NCBI GenBank assembly: GCA_043821645.1
Contig: JBDRCO010000065.1
Coordinates: forward strand, 32,001-96,000
Direction: 5' to 3'
DNA length: 64,000 nt
Source of the DNA: Pseudomonadota bacterium
GTDB lineage: Bacteria; Myxococcota; JACRCW01; JAFGSX01
The notes beneath the pieces were generated by a model. It made no database searches. It worked only from the letters and a program-made list of their open reading frames with translations, and was not told the origin of the DNA. Numbering within the stretch: position 1 is the first letter of the stretch; the number at the start of each line of letters is the position of its first letter. Position numbers and translations under genes: made by a program. Shown here piece by piece: positions 51,701-61,441 of the stretch.

Positions 51701-53773
51701 TCAGAGGTCCTCGATGGGTGGCGGAGGAGTCTCGTCGTCCTCGGCGTCCGGTAGCCCGTCATCTGCACCCGAGTTCTCCGAACTCGCCGCGCCGCCGGAA
51801 TCAGGCTCGTCGACGATGTTGAACTCGACACGCCGGTTCTGGGCACGCCCCTTCTCGGTCTGGTTGGTGGAGATGGGCTTCTCCTCGCCATAACCCACGC
51901 CGAAGAGCCGACCATCCTCGACACCGTGCTCGATGAGATAGTCGATGACGGCCTTGGCCCGGGACTCGCTGAGCCGCTTGTTGTAGGTATCGTCGCCCAC
52001 GTTGTCGGTGTGGCCCTCGACCCGCACCTTCTTGACCTGCGGGTTCTTGAGCATGATGTCCACCACCTCGTCGAGGATGTGGTAGCTGTTGGCCAGGATA
52101 CGGGCCTTGTTGAACTCGAAGTGGATCGTGCTCTTGATCTCGATACGGTCGGTGCGCAGGATGGTCACGCGCTTCTTGGGTTCCTTTTTCAGGACGAAGT
52201 CCTCGACGGTCTGTCCGCTCTTCTCGACCACCACCATGCGCCCCTGCTGCAGGTAGCCCTCGGCCTTGATCACGACCTGGTGACGGCCCGGGGACAGTTC
52301 GACACGGTAGGATCCGCCAGGCTGATCCAGTGTCTTGCTGACGTTGCTGTCGTCGATGATCTCCATGGTGGCAGCGACGGACCTATCCTGCTCGTCAACG
52401 ATGACACCCTTGAGCACCCCGACCTTGGGATCCGCGACGAGCTCGATGTCGAGGGCCGCGGTCTCGCGCACCGCGATCACGGTATCGCCCTGGGCGCTGC
52501 GGTAGGCGGGATGGTTTGCCGCGACCTGCACCGGCCCGGGGTTCAGTCCATAGCTCCGATAGCGACCCTGAGCATCGGCCACGATGCGCGGTCCGTCGCG
52601 ATCGACAAAGGTCACCACCGCCTGCGGGATGGGCTTGCGCGTGCCGGCCTCGATCACCTGGCCACCGACGAAGCCCACGGCTCGCTCCACCTCGACCCGC
52701 TTCTCAACTTCCTGGATCTCGACCCGGGTCTCGGCCACGAAGGGTGAGAAGGTATAGGACAGGCCTGCGTGAACCATCCAGGGCGTTGGTGTGGCAAGAC
52801 CGGCGATGGCCCTGCTGCCACCCAGGACGCGGATGTCCGCTCCCAGGTCAAAGGCCAGACCCCTGCCCGGCGTCACCCGGATTCCTGGTGTGATGCGCAG
52901 CGGAGCGTCCGTGAAGCCTATCCCATCTGCAATCGGAAACTCCCCCGTGAGCTCGAGAAATGGCGTCACGTAAGGCAGTGGAACCTCGACGCCAAGCCCG
53001 TAGGTGGCCCGGTCGTACCAGGTGTACTCAAAGGTGAGAGCCAGCAGGTGACCCAGATTTCCGGTCAGCAGCCTGTCCTGACCCGCGCCTCGGTTCTGGT
53101 AGATGTAGCCGCCGTTGAGGTGGAGACGAAACGGGATACCGCGATCTGCCCACAGGTCCAGGGTCGCCAGTGCCAGGACCTGTGCTCCAAAGTTGTCCAG
53201 CTCGGGCCCGATGCGATCTCGACCCGAGGGAAAAAAAGCTCGCGCGTCGACACCAAACGCGAACAACCAGACCGGCACGGCGAGCTTGAGGTTGGCAGCC
53301 GCATCACCGGACGAGAACGTCGTTCTCGGGCGAACAGCCGAGTTCTCGTTGGCCGACATCAGGCCCGACACGGCCAGCTCGATGTAGTCATTGAAGGTGA
53401 ACCCAAAGCTGAGCACGCCGTAAGCAGCCTGATCCGTGGACCCGTCGACGATGAAATTCTCGCCATAGAAGTATCGGCCATGGAGGCCGATGTCGAAGTA
53501 GCCTCCCTCTCCAGTCCGCGCCGACGTCACACGCCACAGCCCTGTCTGACCTGCCATGTTGGGCGCTCTGTCCGAGACCCGGATGTCCTTGTAGCCCGGA
53601 CTGTCGCCCTCGACGGCCACGACCTTGCCGCCAGGGACCGCGCCCTCGGTCGCCTCGTCCCGGGAGCTGGGCTGAGCCGTGGCAGCGTCGTCGCTGGCCT
53701 CCACCTCCTGCGCCAGGACGATCGTCGGCACCCAGCACCAGCTCAGGACGGCCACCGCTTGCATCGCCCTCAT
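51701..53773 (-). CDS. OmpA family protein (putative beta-barrel, carboxypeptidase-regulatory-like domains, OmpA-C)
   Basis: IHFEFNKA, VEGHTD, LSESRA, NRRVEF; signal peptide from ATG 53773. Confidence 0.9.
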   Translation of the reverse strand: MRAMQAVAVLSWCWVPTIVLAQEVEASDDAATAQPSSRDEATEGAVPGGKVVAVEGDSPGYKDIRVSDRAPNMAGQTGLWRVTSARTGEGGYFDIGLHGRYFYGENFIVDGSTDQAAYGVLSFGFTFNDYIELAVSGLMSANENSAVRPRTTFSSGDAAANLKLAVPVWLFAFGVDARAFFPSGRDRIGPELDNFGAQVLALATLDLWADRGIPFRLHLNGGYIYQNRGAGQDRLLTGNLGHLLALTFEYTWYDRATYGLGVEVPLPYVTPFLELTGEFPIADGIGFTDAPLRITPGIRVTPGRGLAFDLGADIRVLGGSRAIAGLATPTPWMVHAGLSYTFSPFVAETRVEIQEVEKRVEVERAVGFVGGQVIEAGTRKPIPQAVVTFVDRDGPRIVADAQGRYRSYGLNPGPVQVAANHPAYRSAQGDTVIAVRETAALDIELVADPKVGVLKGVIVDEQDRSVAATMEIIDDSNVSKTLDQPGGSYRVELSPGRHQVVIKAEGYLQQGRMVVVEKSGQTVEDFVLKKEPKKRVTILRTDRIEIKSTIHFEFNKARILANSYHILDEVVDIMLKNPQVKKVRVEGHTDNVGDDTYNKRLSESRAKAVIDYLIEHGVEDGRLFGVGYGEEKPISTNQTEKGRAQNRRVEFNIVDEPDSGGAASSENSGADDGLPDAEDDETPPPPIEDL

Positions 53774-53837
53774 GAGGCAACCCCTCGTCGCGGTTCCAGG
53801 CCACCCGGCGCACTGGAGATCCCGCGCCGCTCCCGCG

Positions 53838-56800
53838 TCAGTCCTTGCTGCGGCGAACCTCGAGATACTTGCGGACAACCACGCCACAGGCCGGGCACTC
53901 ACCCCGCTTCTTGAGCTCGTCGTCGTCACCCCGTGCCTGGTAGCCGCACTTGGGGCACACATCGACCGCCGGGCCGTCATCCTCGCCTGGCACCAGGGTC
54001 TTGACCTGGTCCGTGACGAAGCCGATATCCGGCGCCGCGGCTGTCGACACAGGGCCAAGCGATGCAGCGACAGTCGAGGCAGGACGTGCTTCCGGTACCG
54101 AGCTCGCCGCCTTCGCCGTGCTCGCCGCCGGTCGGGACCGGGCAGCGCCAGAAACCGAGGACCCCACCAGTCCTATCTCGCCTCGACGTCGCAGCCCCGT
54201 CAACTCCTCGGTGAGGCGCGAGACACGCCCGGTCTTGTCCGCCAGCTCTCGCTTGAGGTCCGCCACCTGCTTCTCGGCCATCACCATCTTCTGTCGGAGC
54301 GCGGTCACGCCACCTGCGTCCCCGGCCGCCGAGAGTTCCTGGTCCTTCTCGACGATGGCTTTCTCGAGCGAAGCGATTTTTTCCTTGAGGTAGCCCACGT
54401 TGTCGCCCGGGGCACCCGAGCCGCCAGCCAGGCGCTCGCGCAGGGCCGCGGCAGAGAGACCGGACGCTGCATCCTGATACTGAGAGAGGGCATCCCGGGC
54501 ATTCTTGGCTTCGGCCATGCTCGCCAGGACCCGGCCCTCGTTCTCTCCCAGCTCCGTGCGCAAACGCTCGAGCTGGGTCTGTAGCTTCTGCTTCTCGGCA
54601 CCGAGGTGCTTGAGCTCGGCCATGGTCGCCATCAGGCGGCCTTCGACCTCCCCGCTCTCCTCGCCCAGCGCGCTGACCTTGCCCCGCGCCTTCTCGACCT
54701 CGGTTCGCATCTTGGCGAGCTCCAGCTGGTGCTGCTTCTCCTGCTGGACAAGGGTGTTCCGCGCATCGTCGCGCTCGCGCTCGACGACGGGAAGTCGTCC
54801 CAGCCAGTCGGCCTGCTGCTGTTCGAGCCGGTTCAGCTCCTCCTCGAGTTCCTGAGCGTGCTCCTCGAGAGCTCGCGCCTGCTCCCGGCCGCGGTTGTAC
54901 TGCTCCGAGGTCTGCTCGAGCTGCTGCTCGGACATGAGAAGACGATCTGCCGCCTCCCGCGCCGACGCCTCGGTGGTGTGCAATTTCGCCTCGAGTTCCT
55001 CGACCTGGGTCACCAGCTTGGCCGCGGTGGTGTCCGCCGCCGCCAGCCGCGCCTCGGAGGACTCGAGCTGCTGGGCATACGCCGCGACCTGGGCGGCCAG
55101 GGCCTCGCTCTGCTGCGGGGTCTGCGCCAGTGCCGCATCGATGTCCTCGCGCTCGCGGCGGAGCTTCTCGACCTCGGCCCGCGCTGCCTCGAGTTCCGAA
55201 GCCGCCGCCTCCGCCGATGCGACGCCCTCCCGGAGCCGCGCCCCCTCCTCCTCGAGAGCAAGCGCGCGCGCATCACGGTCGCGCAGTTCCTGTCCGTGCT
55301 GCTCCTGAAGCTCCTGAAGACGGCGCTGGACCTCGGCCAAGGCGGAGGTCGTGTCCTGTGTGGTGGCCAAGGCTGCGGCGAGCCTGCTCTCCAGTTCCGT
55401 GCGTTGCGCGTCAAGCTGCCGTGCCACCTCCTGGGCTGCGCACGATTCCCCCTGCGCCTGCTCCAGGGCACGCCCCTGGTCGGCCAGTTCCGCAGCGAGG
55501 GTCTCGACCTTGGTGGCCGCGGCATAGGCCTGTTGCTGAACCTCGGCGACCCTCTGCTCGGACTGCGCCAGGTTCTCCTCGGTGTCATGCAGCCGCTGCT
55601 GTGCGGAATCCAGCGCCTGCCGCTGGCTCTCGAGTTCCTTCTCGAGCTCGACGCTTTTCTGCTCTGCCTGCGCGACGGCTTTTTCTGCGAGCGCAAGCGC
55701 CTGGGTGTCGGTCTCCTGCAAGGCCTGGGTGGCCTCCTTGACGCGTTGCTCGGCGGTCTGGCAGTGCAGCGCGGCTTCCTCATAGAGAGCCTCGGCCTCG
55801 TGCACGCGCCTCTCGGCGTCCTCGAGTCGGGACGCGAGCTCCCCGTTCAGGTGATCCACCTGCAGCCGACGCGCCTCGGATTCGGCGGCGACGGAGATCG
55901 CATGCGCCAGCGAGGCCTCGGCCAGCTCGACCCGCCTCACAAAATCCTGCCGCTGCGCCTCACCTGCATCCAGCTGCTCTTTCATGATCGTCCGCTCCCC
56001 CTCGCCATCCTTCGCCCTGCGTTCGACGTCCTGCAGGAGCTCCTGCAGGGCTGCCAGCTCGCCCTCCCGCTGCGCGAGACGATGTTCGATATCCTGTAGC
56101 TGCTCCTCGGCCCGGGTCAGCTCCGTCGCACGGGCGTTGAGCTGACGTTCGAGCCCGTGCAGCAACTCCTGTGTGCCTCGCAGTTCCACCTCACGTTCGG
56201 AGACCTGGCCGCTCAGGACCTGCGCGCGCTCCGTCGCTGCCGCGAGTTCCTGCTGCAGTTGGGCGGTTTGCTGGTCCCTCTCCCGCACCTGCTGCGCCAG
56301 GTTCCGCCGCTCCTCCTCGAGCTCACGCGCCCGTTCCTGCAGGGCCTGCCACTCCTGGTCATCCTGCTGCCCATGGCGCTCGATGGCCTGTAGCCGCTCG
56401 CGGGCATCGTCGAGGTCCGAACGGAGCGAGGTCGAGAGCCGCTGCTGGGTGTCGCGTTCCTCCTCGGCCCGGCTGGCCTCGACCCTCGCCTGCGAGAGCT
56501 GGCCCTGCAGAATCTCCAGCTCCTTGCTCCTGGCCTCCAGGCTGTCCCGCGTCTCCACCAGGTCCCGGTGGCGCTCGGCCTCCTGCTCCTCGGCCTGCGT
56601 CACCCTCGCTTGCCAGGCATCCCGCTCGGTGGTCAGCACCGCGATCTCGGCATACAGGGACGGACCCTCGGCGGCACGCACCTCGGCCGCATTGGCGCGT
56701 TCAGACCAGGACTCCAGCTCTCCCCGGAGCGTCTTCAGCTCAGCCTGAAGCGCCTCCCGATCCGCTGCACCCTGCTGCGCGGCCTCGCTCGCGCGCTGCT

Positions 56801-57599
56801 GCAAGGTGCCGATCTCGAGCTGCAACTGTTCGTTCCGAACAAGCGCTTCAGCCCGCTCGGCATCCCTGGCCTCGGCGACCTGGACCCGTTGCTGCAAGGA
56901 CCCGATCTCGAGCTGCAACTGATCATTCTGGCTGCGCCATTCTGCGCGCTCGGCATCCCTGGCCTCGGCGCTCTGGGCCCGTTGCTGCCAGTCCGTGCGC
57001 TCCTGCTCCAGCTTCTTCAGCTGGGTGCGCAGGGACTCGCGCTCGGCTTCAAGCTCCGCGTCTCGCGCTTCCGCAACCTGGGTACGCTCCCGGAAGTCGT
57101 CGCGCTCGCGTGCCAGCCCCTGCACTTCGGCCAGCAGGTCCTCGCGTTCGGTTTCGGACTCGGCCAGGGCCCGTGACGCACGTTCCGATTCCTCGCGCAG
57201 GGCATCGAGCCGCATCTCCAGCTCGCGGCTGTGCTCAGCGGCCTGCTCCTGCACCTGGCTCCACTCGCCGCGCTGTGCTTCCAGCAACTGCTGCGCGCGC
57301 TGCAATTCCTGGATGGTGGCGTCCTGCTCCGCCGCCTTGTCCGCCCACGCCTGGCGCGCGTGCTGCGCCTCGCCAAGCTGCTCCTCGAGGCCACTCACGG
57401 TCTCGCGATGGGCACGTTCCGCATCCGCGTGCGCCTGGGCGGCCTGGGAGAGGTCCGCGCGAACCGAATCCTGGACCTCCTCGAGTTCCGCGATGCCGCG
57501 ACGCGACTCCTCGAGTTGCTGCTGCAAACCCTCGATGGCAGTGCGGGCGGTGGCCAGCTCGGCATCCCGATCTGCCAGCCGCCCCTGCAGCTCGTTCAA
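53838..57599 (-). CDS. Long coiled-coil protein with C-terminal Zn ribbon (probably the 3' part of one gene with 57630..59540)
   Basis: E/Q/A/L/R heptads; CPKCG...CPACG; same frame as the upstream ORF; no SD before the TTG. Confidence 0.75.
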   Translation of the reverse strand: MNELQGRLADRDAELATARTAIEGLQQQLEESRRGIAELEEVQDSVRADLSQAAQAHADAERAHRETVSGLEEQLGEAQHARQAWADKAAEQDATIQELQRAQQLLEAQRGEWSQVQEQAAEHSRELEMRLDALREESERASRALAESETEREDLLAEVQGLARERDDFRERTQVAEARDAELEAERESLRTQLKKLEQERTDWQQRAQSAEARDAERAEWRSQNDQLQLEIGSLQQRVQVAEARDAERAEALVRNEQLQLEIGTLQQRASEAAQQGAADREALQAELKTLRGELESWSERANAAEVRAAEGPSLYAEIAVLTTERDAWQARVTQAEEQEAERHRDLVETRDSLEARSKELEILQGQLSQARVEASRAEEERDTQQRLSTSLRSDLDDARERLQAIERHGQQDDQEWQALQERARELEEERRNLAQQVRERDQQTAQLQQELAAATERAQVLSGQVSEREVELRGTQELLHGLERQLNARATELTRAEEQLQDIEHRLAQREGELAALQELLQDVERRAKDGEGERTIMKEQLDAGEAQRQDFVRRVELAEASLAHAISVAAESEARRLQVDHLNGELASRLEDAERRVHEAEALYEEAALHCQTAEQRVKEATQALQETDTQALALAEKAVAQAEQKSVELEKELESQRQALDSAQQRLHDTEENLAQSEQRVAEVQQQAYAAATKVETLAAELADQGRALEQAQGESCAAQEVARQLDAQRTELESRLAAALATTQDTTSALAEVQRRLQELQEQHGQELRDRDARALALEEEGARLREGVASAEAAASELEAARAEVEKLRREREDIDAALAQTPQQSEALAAQVAAYAQQLESSEARLAAADTTAAKLVTQVEELEAKLHTTEASAREAADRLLMSEQQLEQTSEQYNRGREQARALEEHAQELEEELNRLEQQQADWLGRLPVVERERDDARNTLVQQEKQHQLELAKMRTEVEKARGKVSALGEESGEVEGRLMATMAELKHLGAEKQKLQTQLERLRTELGENEGRVLASMAEAKNARDALSQYQDAASGLSAAALRERLAGGSGAPGDNVGYLKEKIASLEKAIVEKDQELSAAGDAGGVTALRQKMVMAEKQVADLKRELADKTGRVSRLTEELTGLRRRGEIGLVGSSVSGAARSRPAASTAKAASSVPEARPASTVAASLGPVSTAAAPDIGFVTDQVKTLVPGEDDGPAVDVCPKCGYQARGDDDELKKRGECPACGVVVRKYLEVRRSKD
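56797..56990 (-). repeat. Intragenic 93-bp (31-aa) tandem repeat
   Basis: GATCTCGAGCTGCAACTG at 56811 and 56904; QQRxQxAEARDAERAExxxxNxQLQLEIGxL twice. Confidence 0.85.
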
Positions 57600-57629
57600 C
57601 TCGGCGGCTCGCCCGGTCAGCTGCTCGCG

Positions 57630-59540
57630 CTACCGGTCGTGGCGCTCTCGCATCTCCGTCAGCTCTGCTTCGAGCTGGGTCAGTCGGGATGCGCGCTCGC
57701 TGGCCAGCACCTCGGCTTCGCCCCGGGACTGCCCGGTCTGCTCGAGCTGTGCCTCGAGGGTCTGGCGAACGCCGCGGAGCTCCTCGAGCTCACGCCCAAG
57801 GTTCTCGATGCGGGCCGCCTGCTCGCGGTGATCCTGCCTGACGCGGCCGAACTCCTCGTCCAGGGCATGCCGCTCTGCCACCAGGTGGTCGCGCTCGTTG
57901 CGCAGGGACTCGTCGCCCTCGCTCCTCGACGACAGCTCACGCCGCGATGCCTCGATCTCGTCGCGCATGGCCTGGAGATCTCGCGACAGATTGTCGCGCT
58001 CCCCGCGCAGCGCCTCGGCCTGGGTCGTGAGGTCGGCGACAGCCTGCCGGGCATGCTGCAACTCGCCGGCCAGGGCGTCGGCCTCGATCGCCTTCGCCTG
58101 CAGCGGTCCAAGTTCGGATTGCAGGTGCGCGAGCTGGTCCTGGACCTTTTGCCCGCTTCGCTCCAGCTCGGCCAGGCGTGCGCTGGTATGCTCGCCCCGC
58201 TCCTCGGATCGCTCGAGGGCAAAGGCCAGTTCCTTCTCCTTGGCCTGGGCCATCTTGAGCTTGCCGGAGAGCTCGGCGTTCTCCAGCTTGAGGGTCTGGG
58301 CGTCCGCGTTGACCTTGGACAGGGTCTGCAGCTTGCCGGCGAGGGAGGCCGCGGCGTCGTCGAGCTCCCGGCGTGTGGTCAAAAGCTGCCGCTCCATCTC
58401 CACGCCATGCGTCTCGGCAGCCTTGGCCTGCACCTCGGCCTCGCGCATCCTCTCGCGCAGGCTCTCTCCCTCGCGGGCCAGGGCCTGCATCTGCTCCTGG
58501 CCAGCGCTGCTGGTCTGGGACAGCTGGGACTCCACCTCGGCGACACGCAGCTGGAGCTGATCGCGCTCCTGCAACAGCTGCTGCAGGGCGCGGCGACTGC
58601 CCTCGATCTCGCGCTGGGCTTCGTCGCGCTCGGCCGCGATGGCCTCCGCGGCATCCGCCAGGGTCCGCGCCTCCTCGACCTGCTCGAGGACGCGGTCTCG
58701 CAGCGACGACACCCGCTCGGCAACCTCCCCGAGAGCCTCTTCGCGCTCGGCGATGCTCTGCTCCAGGGCGCGGTTCTCCTCGCGCAGGCCTCCCAGTTCG
58801 CGGTCGAGGCCCTCCCGCAGGGCTGCACCCGCGTCGATGAGCGACTGTGCGAAGCGTGAGAAGGGCAACTGGATCAGACCGAGCTCGTCAGGAGAGGGGA
58901 CCCGGGCACCGGCGATGATGACGTAGTAGGCGACGTCCTCGGGTGTCCCGCCCATGAGCGCCGTGTCGAGCGCCACTCCCGCGTCGTCGGGGTCGATGTG
59001 GAAGCCGATGAACGAGAAACCCAGGAAGGGACTCTGACCGACGACCACGACCTCGTTGAAACGCTCGTTGAGGGTCTCCACCAGCAGACCGTACTCGGAG
59101 ATGCCTCGTTCCTTGCCGTCGATGAGATCGACGATACCGCGCCCCTCGACGTTCTCGACCGCGGTGATCAGCAAGCCATCGCGGGACAGCACGCGCGTGA
59201 TCTCATCCAGCCGGTTGGCATCACCGCGGCGCAGGGCGGCGCTGAGGCCAAAGTCCACGGCGACGTCGAAGGCGCCATCGTCCGCCGGCCAGTGCGGCTC
59301 CCGCGCCCAGCGCACGTCCACCAGACGCCTGTCCACGTTGCGACGACAGGCCTCGACCGTGTGCTCGTCGAAGTCCAGGCCGACCACGCGCGAGGCCTGC
59401 AAGGTCGCCAGGAAGCCCGCGCTGTGGCCGAGGCCGGAACCGACCTCGAGCACCCTTCGCCCCGTGATCAGGGGCTCCAGGAACAGGTAACGGGGAAGGA
59501 CTTCAGAGAGCCGAAGCTCGGTGTTGAAGAGATCGCTCAT
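57630..59540 (-). CDS. Methyltransferase-like domain followed by coiled coil (5' part, ends at an in-frame TAG)
   Basis: LPRYLF...RRVLEVGSGLG SAM-fold motif followed by heptads. Confidence 0.8.
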   Translation of the reverse strand: MSDLFNTELRLSEVLPRYLFLEPLITGRRVLEVGSGLGHSAGFLATLQASRVVGLDFDEHTVEACRRNVDRRLVDVRWAREPHWPADDGAFDVAVDFGLSAALRRGDANRLDEITRVLSRDGLLITAVENVEGRGIVDLIDGKERGISEYGLLVETLNERFNEVVVVGQSPFLGFSFIGFHIDPDDAGVALDTALMGGTPEDVAYYVIIAGARVPSPDELGLIQLPFSRFAQSLIDAGAALREGLDRELGGLREENRALEQSIAEREEALGEVAERVSSLRDRVLEQVEEARTLADAAEAIAAERDEAQREIEGSRRALQQLLQERDQLQLRVAEVESQLSQTSSAGQEQMQALAREGESLRERMREAEVQAKAAETHGVEMERQLLTTRRELDDAAASLAGKLQTLSKVNADAQTLKLENAELSGKLKMAQAKEKELAFALERSEERGEHTSARLAELERSGQKVQDQLAHLQSELGPLQAKAIEADALAGELQHARQAVADLTTQAEALRGERDNLSRDLQAMRDEIEASRRELSSRSEGDESLRNERDHLVAERHALDEEFGRVRQDHREQAARIENLGRELEELRGVRQTLEAQLEQTGQSRGEAEVLASERASRLTQLEAELTEMRERHDR

Positions 59541-59704
59541 GGACGTGACCTGTGGGCATGGCGTCCGCGCAGGACCCTCCCGCGACGAAAGGCCTGCGCT
59601 GCCAAGCAGCGCGCAGAAAACGCGCGGCGCTCATTATTGATGGGCAGCATATGAGAGAAGGTGGATGGCAGCAACGGGTTTACGAGCGCCCACGACGGGT
59701 CTGG

Positions 59705-60262
59705 TCACGACCTGCGCGGCCGCCCGCGGCGGCGGAACCACATCCCCAGCACCTGGTGCACCTCGCCAGCCACGTGATGCTCGCCGTACAGAGGACCTGG
59801 CTGAAAACCGAGGCGCTGGTAGAGCCGGATCGCCGGCAGGTTGAACTCGAACACCCCCAGCCACAGCACCTCGAGTCCGAGCTCGTCGAAGGCGACGGCC
59901 ATCAGCTTCTGCATGGCGCGATGTCCGACCCCTTGGCCGCGGGCCCAGGGCTCCCCGATCTCGATGAAGCACTCCGCGACGCGGCGCTTCAGGTCGATGT
60001 TCTTCAACCCCGTGTTGCCCACGTGCTGGCCGTCGAGCTCGATGGCAAAGGCCTGGCGTCCCGGTGCGGTCCTCATCTCGTGCAGGTAGCGATCGGCCTC
60101 GGCGGGCAGGTACGGTCGCACTGGCAGGTAGTCGGCACCCGGCACCTGAACCGTGAAGCGCAGCAGCTCGAGATCCGCCATCCAGCGCCGGATCCGCGAC
60201 GCATCGGTCTCCTGCAAGGGACGCAGGTCGACGCGGGACGCTGGCTGGCGTGCCACCACCAT
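59705..60262 (-). CDS. GNAT N-acetyltransferase (RimJ/RimL-like)
   Basis: ARGQGVG acetyl-CoA motif; VFEFNLPAIRLYQRLGF. Confidence 0.88.
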   Translation of the reverse strand: MVVARQPASRVDLRPLQETDASRIRRWMADLELLRFTVQVPGADYLPVRPYLPAEADRYLHEMRTAPGRQAFAIELDGQHVGNTGLKNIDLKRRVAECFIEIGEPWARGQGVGHRAMQKLMAVAFDELGLEVLWLGVFEFNLPAIRLYQRLGFQPGPLYGEHHVAGEVHQVLGMWFRRRGRPRRS

Positions 60263-60271
60263 GACGGACTC

Positions 60272-61327
60272 CTAGAGTTCAAGCATGCGCTGCAGCGCCA
60301 GCCGCGCGCCCTCGAGATCACGGGGGTTGACCTGCACCTGGTTCAGCTCCGGCAGCTGCAGCAGCGTCTCCTGCAGGTGACGCAGGGTGATGCGGTACAT
60401 GTTGGGACACAGCGAGCGATCCAGCGGGACCACGGTGCGATCCGGGAACTCTGCCGCCAGGCGCGTGACCAGGTTAACCTCGGTGCCGATGACCAGGGTA
60501 TCGCCAGGCTTCGCCTCCTGCACGGCTCGCACGAGATAGCCGGTCGATCCGGCACCGTCGGCCTGCTGCACGACCTCGCGCCGGCATTCTGGATGCACAT
60601 GGATCACGCAACCGGGCCAGCGCTGACGGGCCGCCGCGATGTGCTCGACGCTGAACCAGGTGTGCACATGGCAGTAACCTGACCACAGCACCAACCGGGC
60701 CCTGGCCAGCGCGTCCTCGCTCAGGCCTCCGAGCTCGCCGGCATGCGGATCGTACAGGGCGATCTCGTCGTCCACGAGGCCCAGGGACGCCGCGGTGTTG
60801 CGGCCAAGATGCTCGTCGGGAACGAACAGGATCTGCTCACCTCGCCCGTAGGCCCAGCGAAACGCGCGCTCGGCGTTGGAACTGGTGCACACGGCACCGC
60901 CGTTCTCGCCGACCACCGCCTTCACATCGGCAAGGGTGTTCATGTAGGTCAGGGGCACCACCCGGGACGACGGCCGCAGCCGGTGAAACACGTCAAGGGC
61001 GCGCTGCACGTCGCCGCGCTCGGCCATGTCGGCCATGGGGCAGCCGGCGCGCGGGTTGGGGTGAAACACTCGCTGATCGTCCCGGGCCAGCACCGCGGCC
61101 GATTGCGCCATGAAGTGCACGCCGCAGAACACGATCCATTCGGCCCTGGAATCGGCAGCCAGGCGCGACAGCTCGTAAGAATCGCCGCGGATGTGGCCAA
61201 GCGCGACCAGCTCGGGACGCTGATAGTGGTGGGTCAAAATGAGCAGCCTGTCACCCAGGCGATCGCGGAGCTCACGGATCTCGGAGGCTCGCTGAAGGGC
61301 CTCACCGCTGCTGGCATCATGCGACAT
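60272..61327 (-). CDS. nadA: Quinolinate synthase
   Basis: HHYQR, FCGVHFMA, GCPMADMA, CTSSNA, CHVH, HPEC, CPNM. Confidence 0.95.
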   Translation of the reverse strand: MSHDASSGEALQRASEIRELRDRLGDRLLILTHHYQRPELVALGHIRGDSYELSRLAADSRAEWIVFCGVHFMAQSAAVLARDDQRVFHPNPRAGCPMADMAERGDVQRALDVFHRLRPSSRVVPLTYMNTLADVKAVVGENGGAVCTSSNAERAFRWAYGRGEQILFVPDEHLGRNTAASLGLVDDEIALYDPHAGELGGLSEDALARARLVLWSGYCHVHTWFSVEHIAAARQRWPGCVIHVHPECRREVVQQADGAGSTGYLVRAVQEAKPGDTLVIGTEVNLVTRLAAEFPDRTVVPLDRSLCPNMYRITLRHLQETLLQLPELNQVQVNPRDLEGARLALQRMLEL

Positions 61328-61441
61328 GGAGCGGTCTCCGTCGACCGCAGGCACCGGACCCACCGTCGTCGACGCGGCCACCATAGTACAGCGCCCCGCC
61401 CCTGGCGAGCTTCTGCAGAAAGATCGGGAGGCTTGTGAAGT

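Noticed and set aside
51701-53773. OmpA protein as TraB (outer membrane exchange)
   Set aside because: No thrombospondin type 3 repeats and no adjacent TraA-like gene.
53838-59540. Coiled-coil protein as SMC or AglZ; TAG as pyrrolysine or genetic code change
   Set aside because: No Walker A/hinge or receiver domain, no pyl genes in the window, and TAG terminates conserved ribosomal genes.
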